Below are positions 42,896-57,122 of a stretch of DNA of 64,000 nt, piece by piece. The translations under genes were made by a program, and so were the position numbers. Source of the DNA: Chrysomallon squamiferum (lineage: Eukaryota; Animalia; Mollusca); assembly GCA_012295275.1 (NCBI GenBank), contig CM022670.1, forward strand, positions 4,588,001-4,652,000. Reading direction: 5' to 3'. Each line of letters begins with the position of its first letter. Within the stretch, counting starts at the first letter, position 1. The notes under the pieces were generated by a model. That model was not told the DNA's origin. It worked only from the letters and a program-made list of their open reading frames with translations, and did no database searches.

Positions 42896-43920
42896 CGTTA
42901 TTGTTGTTATTGTCATTAGTAATAGCTGTAGCAGTAGTAGTAACAGTAGTAGTAGTAGCAGTAAGTATTGGTAGTAGTAATTTTCTAACCAATATATTAA
43001 TTTGTGTATCATCTATATTGTTTTTTCTTTTTATTTGTCTACTATTTATTCCCATCAAAAAAGCCTTTATTCCTGACATAAAATATTCAGAGTTGATTTC
43101 TGAAGCGTGCCTAATTGCATAACATCTTCAGCTACACATACAGAGTCATCAAACAGACTTCACATAAACATTAATTCAGAAACTCGAGATTTTAGACAAG
43201 ATAGCTTCAAATACAGCACTGACGTTTAATGGTCTATATTTCAGACAGAGACCTTCAAACTTTATTCATAAAACGTCATTACAAATGACTTCATGGATGC
43301 CATATGACCATGACGGTAGCTTAATTATTTCTACCTCAGTATAATCCCAATCTTTACAGGTAAATTTCCATGCTCGTTAACTGAATTAAGTAAGCAGCGC
43401 AATTTACCTGAGGGCAGGTTTAGGACAGAGTGTATAGTTCACACAGTGATATGTATCATTATATTCAAACTGCGTATACAGACACGTAGACATACTGCAG
43501 CTGATGATATCCTGTTTATATGAAAGCCTTTCAAAATGATTTTAATATATTTATGATAATATTTGGCTGGATATAGATGTTGGTGGAATGTTTGAATGTT
43601 GTTGATGTTGAATATGGTTATATATATACTTTGTAACACGAGGTGATAATGTAATTATTTTAATTATTTTGTGGTTTTATGTTTATATGGCACTGGTCTG
43701 GACATATTTAACTTTATGTTGATCTTTTTGTTGCTACTCATTTTTTTTTTTTTTTTTTGTTTTGTCTTATTCTCCTTATCTTTAGCATACATTATCTGTT
43801 TTGGAATCATATTATTAGAATCATATTCATTTTTCTTTTAATTATTTATTTCGTCTTCTTCTTCTTTTTATTATTATTATTGCTGCTGTTGTTGTTGTTG
43901 ATGTTTTGTTATTGTTGTTG

Positions 43921-43972
<52 letters not shown>

Positions 43973-46031
43973 GAAAGGATATTGTTTTGTTTCTATTATA
44001 AAACAAAATAGACGCCGTATTTCCTTTTCGCTATTCTATAGTAGTTTAATTCCATTGTAAACGAAAAAACTTCCACAGCAATATTACATGATGCAATAAT
44101 ATAAATTGATTTTATATAAAACATACATCTATAGAATATTAAGCTTTGAAGTTTTTATTTCTAACCAGAGCAGAAAACAAAAATCTGTTTTTTCAAATTA
44201 TTTTGTTTTGGAGACTTGTTTGTGTTATTGTTCCTGCTATTGCTGGTGTTTCTCGTATTTATCATCACAGTTTTTAATCCTTTTACAGTTTTATGTCTTT
44301 GTTATTATTCTTTCTACAGTTTTGACATTTATTTTGTTTAGCTTATGAATATCTCTCTCTGATCTTATTTGTTTAATCTGCTTCTGAATAGTTTAAATCG
44401 ATTTTCTCCAATTTTCTTTTATCATCATTCTCTGACACTGACAGCAAAGCGGCCAAATTTGACCAGATTAAAGGAATTTTATAGCAATATTTTTAATATA
44501 AAAACAAAATGGAAAAAATACAAAAGGAAAGTCAATCAAAAATAAATATAACTAAGTGTTAACTAAAATATTTTTATCAGTTTATTAAGTTTCTTATTTC
44601 GTTTGTGTGTGTGTTTCGTAGTCATAATATATGTATATATATATACATATGTACTGAGAATGAGATACACACACGCACACACATACAAGAAACGGTATTT
44701 CTGTAATGCACTATCACCCCAAAAGTGGACGAAACAGACCATCTGCGTATGCCTTGAACAAAACAACCACTGTTACACGGTAACACGAACCGAAAACCTG
44801 GTCAAGGTGTGCCGAGCCTTTCTCCCTTAATTGATTTCTTAAAAGATACCTTAATGACAGGTACAATAAAGAAGACGGCTATAAAATGGCTTCGGTTACC
44901 TGTAATGATTCCACCTCGGAAATGAAGCGTCTTCAAGTGGAAACATTAGTGACTTATTGCAGTGACATCGGGCCAAGCAAGTCCATTGTGCGGGTCAGCC
45001 TAATTGCCCGTTTCCCTTCTGTGTGGCAAATTGAAAATTAAAGGTGTGTTTTCCAGTGATGTACTGCGATTATCAGCTTCGTGGCACATGTCTGCGAGAA
45101 CCGGGGTCTCCGGCCAGTGTGGGTGGAGACGTAATGGGCGTGATTCCTTGCTCCCTGACCGAAACGTGAAGGCAAAGAGGCGGGGGAAGATCATATTGTA
45201 GCAGTCAAATTACACGTGAAAGGACCGGCTTGTCGCCGCTGATGGATATCGCATGAAATATTGATAAAATTAACAGGTGCAAGGTTCCGTGTCTTTGTGT
45301 TTGTCACTGAATATAGGTGGAGTTTTTTTTTTTTTTTTTTTATCTCGGTCGTTTCTTCTTTTTGTCACTTACCTTTTATTATTATTTTATTTTTATTTCT
45401 TATTTTTATTTTTTTTTTTTTTTTTATTTTTTATTTTTTGTTGTTGAAAAAAAAATTAATATGGTTTGAAAGTGGATTTTCGAGAATTTTTATTTTGTTT
45501 ATATGTCTGTGTGTCTGTTTTCTTTGTGATAATGTTGTTTGGAGAGGTTTCTTTGTTGTTGTTTTTTGTTATTTGTTTTTATGTTGTTGTTGTTGTTGTT
45601 GTTGTTGTTTTGCCGTCTTATATTTTTATTTTATTTATTTTATTTTATGAATGACGATGATTGGATGTTAACGAAGTCTGTTCTTTTCCAATATGTTTTT
45701 TATCTTATTTTATTTCTGTTTCTAACATAAGTCTGATGGAATAAACATATACAATAAAATAGTAATTCATCTTAGAAAAATTGCATACTAAATTCATGAA
45801 ATTTAATATCTATATATAATTATATATGTATTTTAAGGCTTTGCTACAAACATTTTTTTTTTTTCTAGAAACTGGGTCAGATTATGTTTTATCTGTTAAC
45901 ACCATGGATGAATGCGTCTTTGCTATTTCCAGTGTTTATTACCGTTTATATGATATTACCGAAATAACTTCACTTTTTCTTATTTTATTTTCATTCTGCA
46001 AGAACCAGAACAGTTCGTTTCAAATTATAAA

Positions 46032-46197
<166 letters not shown>

Positions 46198-48329
46198 AGA
46201 TGTCCAAAAACATCATTGTTTAAACTACGAGCTATGGACATTTCATGCCCGCTTCTGGTCATCGAATTTTCATAATGGGTCCATTTCACGCCAATGTTAC
46301 CTTGCCTCGATAAACAAACTGGTCATTTCGTGATGTTTATTTCACCTGTATGGTATAAAACGTCACACCTTCGAGTCGCAGGACAGATAATTGTGTTGCT
46401 CGTCTAGGTGAGGGCCAAGGTATGAAACGTCTGCTTGGAGCATCGAGGTGTTTTTGAAGTGAGGTGAAGTGGAATAAGACTGAAATCAAGTGGAAACATC
46501 GACAACCCGTGTTCACGACGCGAACTAACAGCTTCCTTGAACGTGAATGGGCCAAGAAGAAACCGTACACTTTGATTTCAGTTTCGACGGCAGTTTAATG
46601 TCCGAATGTCGCTGGTCATTGCCGTGTCATAGGTCATTGTTTTGTTTGGTGATCTTGAGAGTCCGGACAGATGGACGTTGGTCATTCTGTTAAATGTTGA
46701 AGAATGAAACTTTTTTTTTTTTTTGAGAGATGGAGAACGGGGTAAGAAAAAAAGAAAAAAAAAGAAAGTAAGAAGAGTGAAGTGAACAACGAGAAAGATT
46801 ATCACCCTAATGTGTTTTTAACTCGTTGTTTTGTTAGCAGAATCTTGACGTAAACCGTAGTGTAATGAAAACGTTCAATGATTTATTGCGTTTTGATACG
46901 TTCTTTATGTAAAGTCACTCTCTAAACTAAGTCTTCGGCTGAAAATAGAAAACAAATGACTATTACAAAAACACGTGTAAGGTATTTTGACACTTTCAAA
47001 CAGAAGAAAAGTCGAGTAGTGTGAATGGTAATTTAGAAGCAATAGGATGCAGAATCGATTGCAACATCTATTTGTGCGTTACTCCTACCTTGCAAGAAAT
47101 GATGCATACCTAACACGTATTTTAAGTTTTTCAAAATGTGAAATAAATAAATATATTACTTTTGAAAATATAATTAACGTTATGGAATAATTATGACAAA
47201 TCTCTCGTAAGCAATAACATAATAATTATAAATTTGTTTAAATAAAATTATATTATCAAATATGTTAACTGACAACATGAACAGACTGTTGTCTTAAGTG
47301 GGTACACTATTATTATCAGTAGTATTATTACTACTACTATCACCACTACAACTACTACTACTACTACTTCTACTGCTACTGTTATCAGTGTGAATGTCGT
47401 CATCACTGCATCACTTCTCTCATTGTTAGTAATGATACTTGTCTATAAAAAAACATTTTTTTATTATCCTATATTTTTTTACTTTTGTTTTGTTTGTAGT
47501 TCTCGGTTTTCTTTTCTTTCTTATTTTTCGGGGGGTATGAATTTTTTTTCTTTCTTTTTTTACCCTTTTTTTGTACTTTAGTATCTCTTTTCCTTTTAAG
47601 TGGTTTCGAAAGTATTGATTTTTTTTATTTATTTATTTATTTATTTATGTACTAACTTACTTTCTTACTTACTTACTTATTTATTATTTATTTAAGATTT
47701 TTTTTTTATAATTCTATTTTATTTTCTTAATCTTATTGTATACAGACTTTTTTCATTCGGAGTTTTGTGGTGATTTCGTTATGGATTAGTTTATAGTTTG
47801 TTTCCAATATTTCCTCTTTTTTTCTTTGTTCACTATTTCCTTCCATTTATCTCTCGTTCACTGTTCTGTAATCTCTATTTGTAAACACCTTATAAACATT
47901 TTCTCTGTTCTCTATCCACGCTGTCAAAATGTGAAAGCTTTCCTTTACCCCCTGTAACACTAACAATTAGAAAACTAGCAATAAAATACAACAACAATAC
48001 AAAACCCGGTAATACTCATTTACCCCTAAAAAATAAAAATTAATAAAAAAAAATATCCAATAAAGTCTGTGATACTTCAGAAAACATTATAAAGAGATAT
48101 CTTTAGTTCAGATCAGAGCTTATCCTTCACAGTTTATTTTTCTCTATGACAAACGTTCCTGTCACATAATCATGCCTGATTAGTTTGTAAAAGAAAGCTG
48201 AAGAGAAATGGAAAGCCATTTCGTGCGCTGTTTACCGTTAGGTATGATCTGACATGCGCAGTGTCAATCAGGCAGATAAAACGTCGGTGAAATTCTTTTT
48301 ATCTAATTGTTTGTCTGTATTGATTAAGT

Positions 48330-48377
48330 CTGGGGAAGGATCCAGAGGTGGGTGGGGTCACGGAATTAACTAAATTC

Positions 48378-48411
<34 letters not shown>

Positions 48412-48573
48412 ATTTTATAATTTTTTTTTTTTAACGATTCATGTTGTTTTGTTTTCGTAATTTTTTTTTTTTTTTTTTTTTTTTTTATGCATCTTATTTT
48501 ATTTTAAAGTTACATCCACTACAATAATTTTTACCTCCCCCTCCGTTTTCTGAAACGCTTGGAACCGATCCTG
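48330..48573. mobile_element. Decayed non-autonomous DNA transposon (MITE, possibly hAT-derived)
   Basis: Degenerate TIRs ctggggaaggatccag ... ttggaaccgatcctg resemble the CAGGGGCGGATCCAG...CTGGATCCGCCCCTG MITE type, with G-rich and C-rich subterminal runs. Flanks gattaagt / gatcacat match 5/8, like an eroded 8-bp TSD. Confidence 0.45.
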
Positions 48574-48911
48574 GATCACATAAACCTTTGATGTTGAAAG
48601 ATTTATTATTTCAGTTCTCTCCGTAGGATGACGTGTAGTTTTCCTGTTATGAACATCTATTATGAATTTCCTACAGTGACTCTCAGCCCTGACAATTAAT
48701 ACAACTCTGTGTTGTAACTAACGGTACATTATTTATCACAGAAATGTTAATGTTTTCCATCTGGGAATAAAAATATGGAATTGAACATTCGCGTCTGAGA
48801 GTATGAAATAAAAAAATATATATATTTCTGAATTTCTCTGATAGTTATGCCAAAAATATAAATGTCACCATGACTTTGCTGGTTCAGTTCTTTAGAATAT
48901 TGTAAATATAC

Positions 48912-48945
<34 letters not shown>

Positions 48946-49494
48946 TGTGTGTGTTTGTATGTATGTATGTATGTATGCATGTGTATATATAATATGTGTG
49001 TGCATATGTGTATATATAAGTGTATGTATTAAAAAAACAAAGAACTAATACAGAGCACTTATTTTTAATAATGAATCTTCGCAGCACGCAGTGTTCTGTT
49101 TGAAATAATTTATTTTACGGGTCTTCCTGTATCAGGCGTCTTTCTGTTTGCTGTCACTCATTAACCTTAGACTTGAAGTCTGTTCTTATCGCGAGTGTTA
49201 GTAACAAGCCCTCGGTGTATTTCCTATTTCGATACACAGCAGACAGGACTCTCCGCTGTCTGTTGACAGTATCATTGCTGTGTTTGTATATAATGACGTT
49301 TACAAGGTACGAAATATAACAGTATTTATTAACACAGAGCTGATTTATTGACTGAAATTACCGTATCTAGTGTAAATAAGGCATTCACTAATTCAGCTGT
49401 TTGATGGATATCGCTGGTCAAATATTAGTCAGTGGATAGCCTATTTATTTAGTTGTCTGTACTTATTACTCAAGACGCCAAGTCCAGCGAAAGT

Positions 49495-49557
49495 GTGTGT
49501 ATGTATGTATGTATGTATGTATGTATGTATGTATGTATGTATGTATGTATATATATA

Positions 49558-49590
<33 letters not shown>

Positions 49591-49860
49591 ATGCATGTAT
49601 GTATGTATGTATATATGTGTGTGTATATATATGTGTTTGTATGTATGTATGTAGGTAGGTATGTAGGTAGGTAGGTAGGTAGGAAGGTAGGTAGGTAGGT
49701 AGGTAGGTAGGTAGGTAGGTAGGTAGGTAGGAAGGTAGGTAGGTAGGTAGGTAGGAAGGTAGGTAGGTAGGTAGGTATGTTAGAATGTATGGAAGTATTT
49801 TTGTATGTATATGTATATGTATATGTATGTATGTATGTATGTGTGTGTGTGTATGTACGT
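49495..49860 (+). repeat. Compound (TATG)n/(TG)n/(TAGG)n tract
   Basis: Directly visible; (TAGG)n with GAAG variants at 49651-49776. Confidence 0.95.
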
Positions 49861-50971
49861 ATGTATGTATATATATATGTATTATACACGCACAAACACA
49901 CACACACACATACATATTTTCAAAAAAGAAGAAACAAAAAAGCTGAATTCTTTCTCAGCAAAAGGACACATGTTTCCAAAGGAAATAAAAATCACCTAAA
50001 TAAAACAAATGTTAAAAATAATTTGAACAACAATGAAACTTGCAATAAAACTGATGTCAGCCCAGCATACAGAGACATTAATCTGTTAATTTCAGGGCGT
50101 TATCCAACATCCCCACCCCGGGATTAAACTACGTGTTATTTATTTTATTTACGTCCCATAAAACAGTAAGTTAGCCGTACCAAGCCCTTTAATCGAGACG
50201 TGATTGTTGCGGTGATGGCCTGATGACGATTTAACACGACGTCGGATGATCTGAAGTGTTGACGTAGATGAAGATTGATGACGAAGTTGACGGCGGTCCC
50301 ACCAGCAGGCTACGACTTCGTCACATAGAAGATTGCGTTATGTGGATTTGTAGCTGTTTTTTTATGTTCTGTTTAGTTAGTAACTCAACTTAAAGGATTA
50401 AAGTTTTTCAGATCTCAGCAGCTGGGGAGATGCGTGTTATTTTGAGGATTCTTTTTGATTCTTCTGCTTCTTCTTCTTCTTCTTTTTCTTCGTTTTGTTT
50501 TGTTTTTCTCATGTGAAATGTAAATTTTTTAATAATTGACTGATATTAATAAGATTTTATTTTATTTAATGTTATTTATTTATTTATTTATTTATTTGTT
50601 TGTTTGTTTGTTTATATATTTATTTATTTAATAGATTATATCTAATTAGATAAAAATTGATTGTTGCTACATTTGCTTTTATTTTCTTTTTTTCTTATAT
50701 TGTTTTTCTTTCGTTTTTCCTTGTTTTGTTTTCTTTTTTACCTAAACGTTTTACCCATGCTGATTACTGAACGTGTAAAACTGCAACAATGTACTGTATT
50801 ATAAAACAAATCCACTATGTTCCTTTGATTCATCTTCTTCTTCTTCTTCTTCTTCTTCTTCTTCTTCTTCTGTATCACTACAGACCTCTACCCTAATAAA
50901 TTACAGATATCCATGATTCAGTTCTTTTCCCGCTTTTTTACTCCCTCTTCTGTACATTTGAACATCGTAGT

Positions 50972-51006
<35 letters not shown>

Positions 51007-52429
51007 CTAAAACAAACAACAAAATAAACTCTTCACGCTTAAAACTACAAACTAAAGTTTAAACAAGCAAAACCCTCAGCTTGAAATTTTTTAACAGCAT
51101 GTCTCGTTTCATCCCACACACACTTAACAAAATAATGCTACTTTTCGCACGACATGTAAAAAAAGTGCTATTCCAAAGCTTTCACACGTACGAGCCGGAC
51201 ATCCAGTAATCTTGTACACACACACACACGCTATCACACACACACACACTCTCTATTTTACGAAGCGAAATTGAAGGGTGCAAGAGAAGAAAAAACAAAA
51301 GTGAGTAGTCATGTAGGAGTGACACTCTAGAGCGAGGCTCACAAGGTAGGTGTGTTATTTTAGCTTCTGAAACTGACAATTTCCCGACACGTCCCCTCTT
51401 GAACTCACACCTCTCAGATTTAATTAGAAGTGACTGGATCTACCTGACAGTTCCTCCTGTCCCACCAACTACGGGGCGGTGAACTCCGGGTCACAGATTT
51501 CAGAAGTAAATTAATAGATTTAAAAACCAAAGATAATGCAAAATCGTATCCAGGCTTCGTGATGCAACTGGCAACATGTAGAAATCATTGATGTAAGATT
51601 TTAGGAAATAAATTTAAAAAAAAGATAAGGTTATAAATTAATATTGTCATTACTTAGTAAATCACCTTTTGTATAATTATAAATTAAATAATAAATAATT
51701 ATATTAAATATACATTAAACTAATGTATGTATGTATGTATGTATGTAAGTACGAATGTGTTAATGTGTAAATGACTATGTGTGTATTAATAGATACATAT
51801 ATTGTATTAATGTCTGAAATGTATGTATATCTATGTATAGTTGTTTGTGTGTTGCATATAGGCAAGTGAGCATGTATGCATGCAGATATGTATGCACATA
51901 CCTATGTATGTGTGAATGTACATATAATTGTATAAAACCATGCATATACTGGTACATCCAAATTAATGTTAATAACGTTTAATAATTGTCATCTCACTTA
52001 TAGCAACAGCGTACTGACAAAAGGTATTATAACGAACACCACGAAATCTTTTTTTTACATCTCTCGTACAACATAAGATATTCACTTTGCTGTTTGTTAA
52101 CTGTCATTAAGTCTGAACAAGAAGACGTTAAACATGTCCACGGGTCTTCAGAAACAGCCGGCGTCTTCCCAGGACTTGGACACGAACCGTGGTGGTCCGT
52201 GTCTGAACTGCACAAAAGACAACCATAATATCTCCATTATAGCAGTAACTGACTGACCAGCGGAACAGAAAGAATGTATCACCTCAGTATTTACCTTTGA
52301 TCATTGTCCTGTGACCAGGCTGCCCACCCGGAGTCACCCCCTAAAATAAACACATAAAGATCAACATCGACTTCCCTTGAAGACTAGGTTCGTTCCTGGT
52401 AAACGTGAACGATGAGGTTGGTGATAGTC

Positions 52430-52785
52430 GTCTCTGGAAAAAATTAATATAAAGGGTTGTTTGTTGTTTCAAGGAAAATAATAAAATAATAATAATAATA
52501 ATAAATAGGGGTCTTAAGAATCATTAATTATAAAAAAAAAAAGATAGGGTTGGTAACAGCTGTTTCTGGAAAAAAATAAAACATAGGAATGTTAATATTT
52601 GTTTTTGGAAAAGTAAAACATGGACTTTGTTAAGATTTATCTAATAAAAAATGAAAGCTAGAATTGTTCATATTCATATATAGATATAGGGTTTGTTAAT
52701 ATCCGTCTAAATAAAAATAATAAATAGGGTTATTAACATTCATCCACTGAAAAAATAAAGAAAGGAAAAAAGTAGTTAACATCTC
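52430..52785 (+). repeat. Degenerate ~40-bp minisatellite (~8-9 units)
   Basis: Recurring ATAGGGTT(T)GTTAAYAT..TGTTTCTGGAAAAAATAAAA skeleton. Confidence 0.6.
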
Positions 52786-54004
52786 TGCCAAGCTAATTTT
52801 GTTTCGTGGAGTTTTACTGGATTTTGAGAAATAAATTCTTGTGAGTCTCGTGTGGTTTATCACTTCGTCTTGGTCTGTTGAGTTTATTGTGCAGCCTCAG
52901 GGAAAACGATGCACAGACTCTCGTATTTCTAATCATATTATAATGTATTTCAGATGTGTATATATTCAAATTCAGGCATGTACAAAGAGGTGTAAATACA
53001 CACAGACAGACAGAAAATCGCGTACACACACAGATACAGACAGACAGAAAAGCATAGTAGTCATAGAGATTCACACACAGCACACGCTTAACAATTCATT
53101 TTATACTTCGCTCTGTTTCTTAAAATCATTGTTGTATATGTGCTTTTGAATGTACGTTTGTGTCTTTATATCTGCTTTTTGTGTACGTGCGAATTTTACA
53201 TATATCAGTTTCAGAGCAGTTGAATCCCTTTGTATGTTGTCTGTTCATATGAGTCTCGTTCAGGTGAAGAGACTAAAGAACTTAACTGCATTTTATCTCT
53301 CCTTCCAATACTTCATCCGACCGTCCATTGTTTCACCCGTCTGTCTGTTCATCTGTTTAATAATTATTATTCAAAAAAATAGATACAAAGCACAAAAAAT
53401 GTCAATATGCTACAGTTAACTGATAGATAACTGTCAGACGTGAATGACAGTTTTATTGTTAACAAAGACGTGTTTAGTTCTGCTGTTAAATACAGATTAT
53501 TACGTTATGTATGAGTCAAAATATCCTATATTTGACAGGTAATAATTATGTATAAACAAAAAAAATTCATAGGTCTCGGGACCTAATTATAGCCATATTT
53601 TTTTATTATTTATTATTCTATTTTATTTATTTTTATTATTATTTTTATTATTATTTTATTTTATTTTATTATTATTATTTTTATTTTTTTATTTTTTTTA
53701 AGGCAGGAAAAATAACAGAAAGGATGTAAGTCACAAGAAGAAAACATTATGGCATTGAAATTAATTTTTTATTATTTCTTAATAAATACAGTTAAGTAAT
53801 TATTATTATTTGTATATATATGTGTGTATATGTATATTTGTTTATTTATTTAGTAGAAATAGTATTACTAGTAACAATAATTATAGTAATGCGAAATGTC
53901 ATAGTAATGGTGGTGTTGGTGATGGTGGTAGTAGTAGTACTAGTAGTAGCAGCAGTAGTAGTAGTGGTAATAATATTGTATTTAATTTTTTTCGTCATCT
54001 TCAC

Positions 54005-54047
<43 letters not shown>

Positions 54048-54071
54048 ATTATTATTATTATTATAACTAAA

Positions 54072-54110
<39 letters not shown>

Positions 54111-55643
54111 ACTAAAATTATTATTATTATTATTATTGTATTAGCAGTTTATTTATTTATATATTTCTACCACTCTCAGCCATGTTATTCTGTACTCAAA
54201 ATATTTTTAACGACATGATTTGATATTATACTGTATTACACTAGACTAGACATCACGAGTTAATCAGTTTCATTCATTGTTGTCATTACGTCATACTGCA
54301 CGCGCTACCCTCCTCGGGGTGAAATATGCTCTGATACGTCATTTACCCCGTGTCACACAGGTCAAACTAATGTATTGTGCCAACGTGAACGACGTCGAAT
54401 GCACGTGTCTCGAACTACCGCGACTGCGTGTCGTTGTCTTGTTTGACAACATGTTTCAGAAGGTAACAAAGGCGCCTGATAACAATTATTTAACCTGCAG
54501 TGAAGAAAGACCGCGGTATATTGTACGTACAACAATTGTTGTCATAAACAGTTAAAATTAAATATTAATCAGCGTCTTCTATTGTAATGTGACCAACAGT
54601 CCGTGGTTTATTAAAAATGTTAAAATATATTATATAAAAATTATATAAAAATTAAGGTAACATACTGAGTGTTTCGTAATAAAATAAATACAATTTAATC
54701 ATATAAATAACTTAATACATAAATAAATAAATACATAAATATATAATTTATCATGTATGACAGAAGAGATTACAAGGTACGGAAACTGAACTAATCCAAG
54801 CTAAATTTTAGACAATAATATTTAAAATTAAAATTAGAATCTTTGTTTTTAAAATTTAAAATTTCTACATTTTCGTTTCCTTTCACTTTCATTATTTAAT
54901 ACGCCAAGCCTACAAAAATAAAAATAAAGATAAATAAAATAAAATGAATCTATAAACACCCTGATAAAATAAAAATTAATTTTCACCTATGTAACACTAG
55001 AGATAAAGGATCATGTAAACCTAAACTTTGAACAATCCCACGCATTCTCCTTCACGTCTACATTTAAAAACCACAGATAACAAATTACATTAGCGTGCGT
55101 TACCAACTTTGCGTGAGTTACTGTCGTTACTTCTAATATTACAAACACGATATATCCTCTTAGACATACAGAGGAGTATTGTCATTGCATTAATTGATTT
55201 AAGTCAGATATTATACACAGGTGAACGCATCGTCACTTTGTAATATAATATATTTAATGACTTAATCATAGTTATTGTATCACTGTATAAGTTAACTTAA
55301 ACCGGTAATGACTTTGGTATATTTGTGTTAACGTCAGCCGGCTATAAATGGTTGTGCCAAAGGTATGCGATTTTGTAGATAGAAAAGAAGGGTATAAAGA
55401 AGAAGAAGAAAATAAGAAGTAACTTGTGTCGTTTAACTGATATCTTCTGGTTTGTGAGATTAACTGGAGAAATTGTAAGTATTTTATGTAGTGTAACTAA
55501 TCTGGAATGTGTTTGTAATATAAAGCGTGGCTAAAAGTGGTAGACTTATTCTTACTGTCTCTGATATTGAAATACGTTTTTAAATTCTGAAGATCTTATA
55601 TTGAAAAATCCTTTAAAATTTTTTATTTATTTTTTTTATTTTA

Positions 55644-55729
<86 letters not shown>

Positions 55730-55969
55730 TTCTTTCTTTTTTAGATATAACTTACATATCAGTTACTTTAATTTCAATTTATTTTTCATTCTTTTTTTTT
55801 TTTGTTTTTTTTCTCTCTCTTATTACTATTATCTCTTTCAGTTCATTTTTCATTTTCATCTTTTCTTTTTGATTTCTTTCCTCCTGTCTTTCATCTCTTG
55901 TTTTTCTTTTTACTTCTCATTTCACAGTCAGTGATCTGTCGCGGTAAATCATATTAAAGAAACGTGATT

Positions 55970-56116
55970 CACCTGAACGGCGACTGTTCATTTCACAGTC
56001 TTCTTTTCTAAACATTTACAACACAAAATGTCTCACCTGGACGTCTTCACCTGAACTTTTTTTTTTTTAAACAAATCTAACAATTACCTGCTCGGGGCTG
56101 ATTTCTAATTCAGGTA
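55970..56116. promoter_or_regulatory. Cluster of five CAGGT(A/G) E-box-like sites (ZEB/Snail type)
   Basis: CACCTG at 55970, 56034 and 56048; TACCTG at 56085; CAGGTA at 56111. Confidence 0.45.
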
Positions 56117-57089
56117 AAATCGACCTCGTCTTGTAACGAAATAATCAGGCGTAAAGTCTCGTCTTGAGCAAGAAATAACGATTTCATATCAGCCTAACTG
56201 CAACTTCAAAGTCGTAGCCATGCTTTTTGCATTCATAGCAATTCGATATTTGTTAGCTGTAAATTTATTAACGGAACAATTATAGATTTTTAATGTAACG
56301 GGTATATTTAGTGATATTATTATAATACTGTCTGTAATATGAATTTATTACGGTGTAGTTATTATTTTTGTTCTTTTCTGTTTTTCTTTTTTCTTTTTAC
56401 CTTTTCATTTTTTATATTTCTTCTTCTTATTATTATTAGTAGTAGTAGTAGTAGTTGTTGTTGTTGTAGAGGTAGCAGTAGTAGTAGTAATGGCACTAGT
56501 ATTATTTATATGTAAGACTGTATTTATTTGTTTATCTAATTTCTCACTCATTCATCATATTACATTTTACATCAGTTAAATATAGATTTTTTTTTTATTA
56601 TTATTATTTATTTGTTTATTTATTTATTTATTTGTTATTGATTTTATATATTTATTTATGAAACTTAATGAAACAATATGTTACATTTAACTAATAATCT
56701 TATTGTACAATTAAGTAATTTCAAATGTAAACAGTTCATGCAGAATGTAATTGTTTCTTCCCTAATTAACCGCAGATCTATGCTATTACTTAAAAAAACA
56801 AAATCAATTCTGAAAAAAAATTACGAAATTATTACTATTACCATTTAACGCATCGTTAACAACATTCACTTATTTCAATAGGCATTAATAGTCCTTAATA
56901 ATTTAATTTTAGACTTTGTTTTTTAATGAGATAATTAATTATTTTTGAAGTGTGCTTGGGATTATATTCCTAAATGTTTGATGAGCTGAAGTAAGCCCAT
57001 ACTTGTATTTAAAATTTTGTAAATAAATACATAAAAACACATAGGTATACATTTACATATATCTATATCTATCTATCTATCTATCTATC

Positions 57090-57122
<33 letters not shown>

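Noticed and set aside
49651-49776. (TAGG)n as an interstitial telomeric repeat or G-quadruplex element
   Set aside because: Not TTAGGG; it grades out of the adjacent (TATG)n by point change and has only GG runs.
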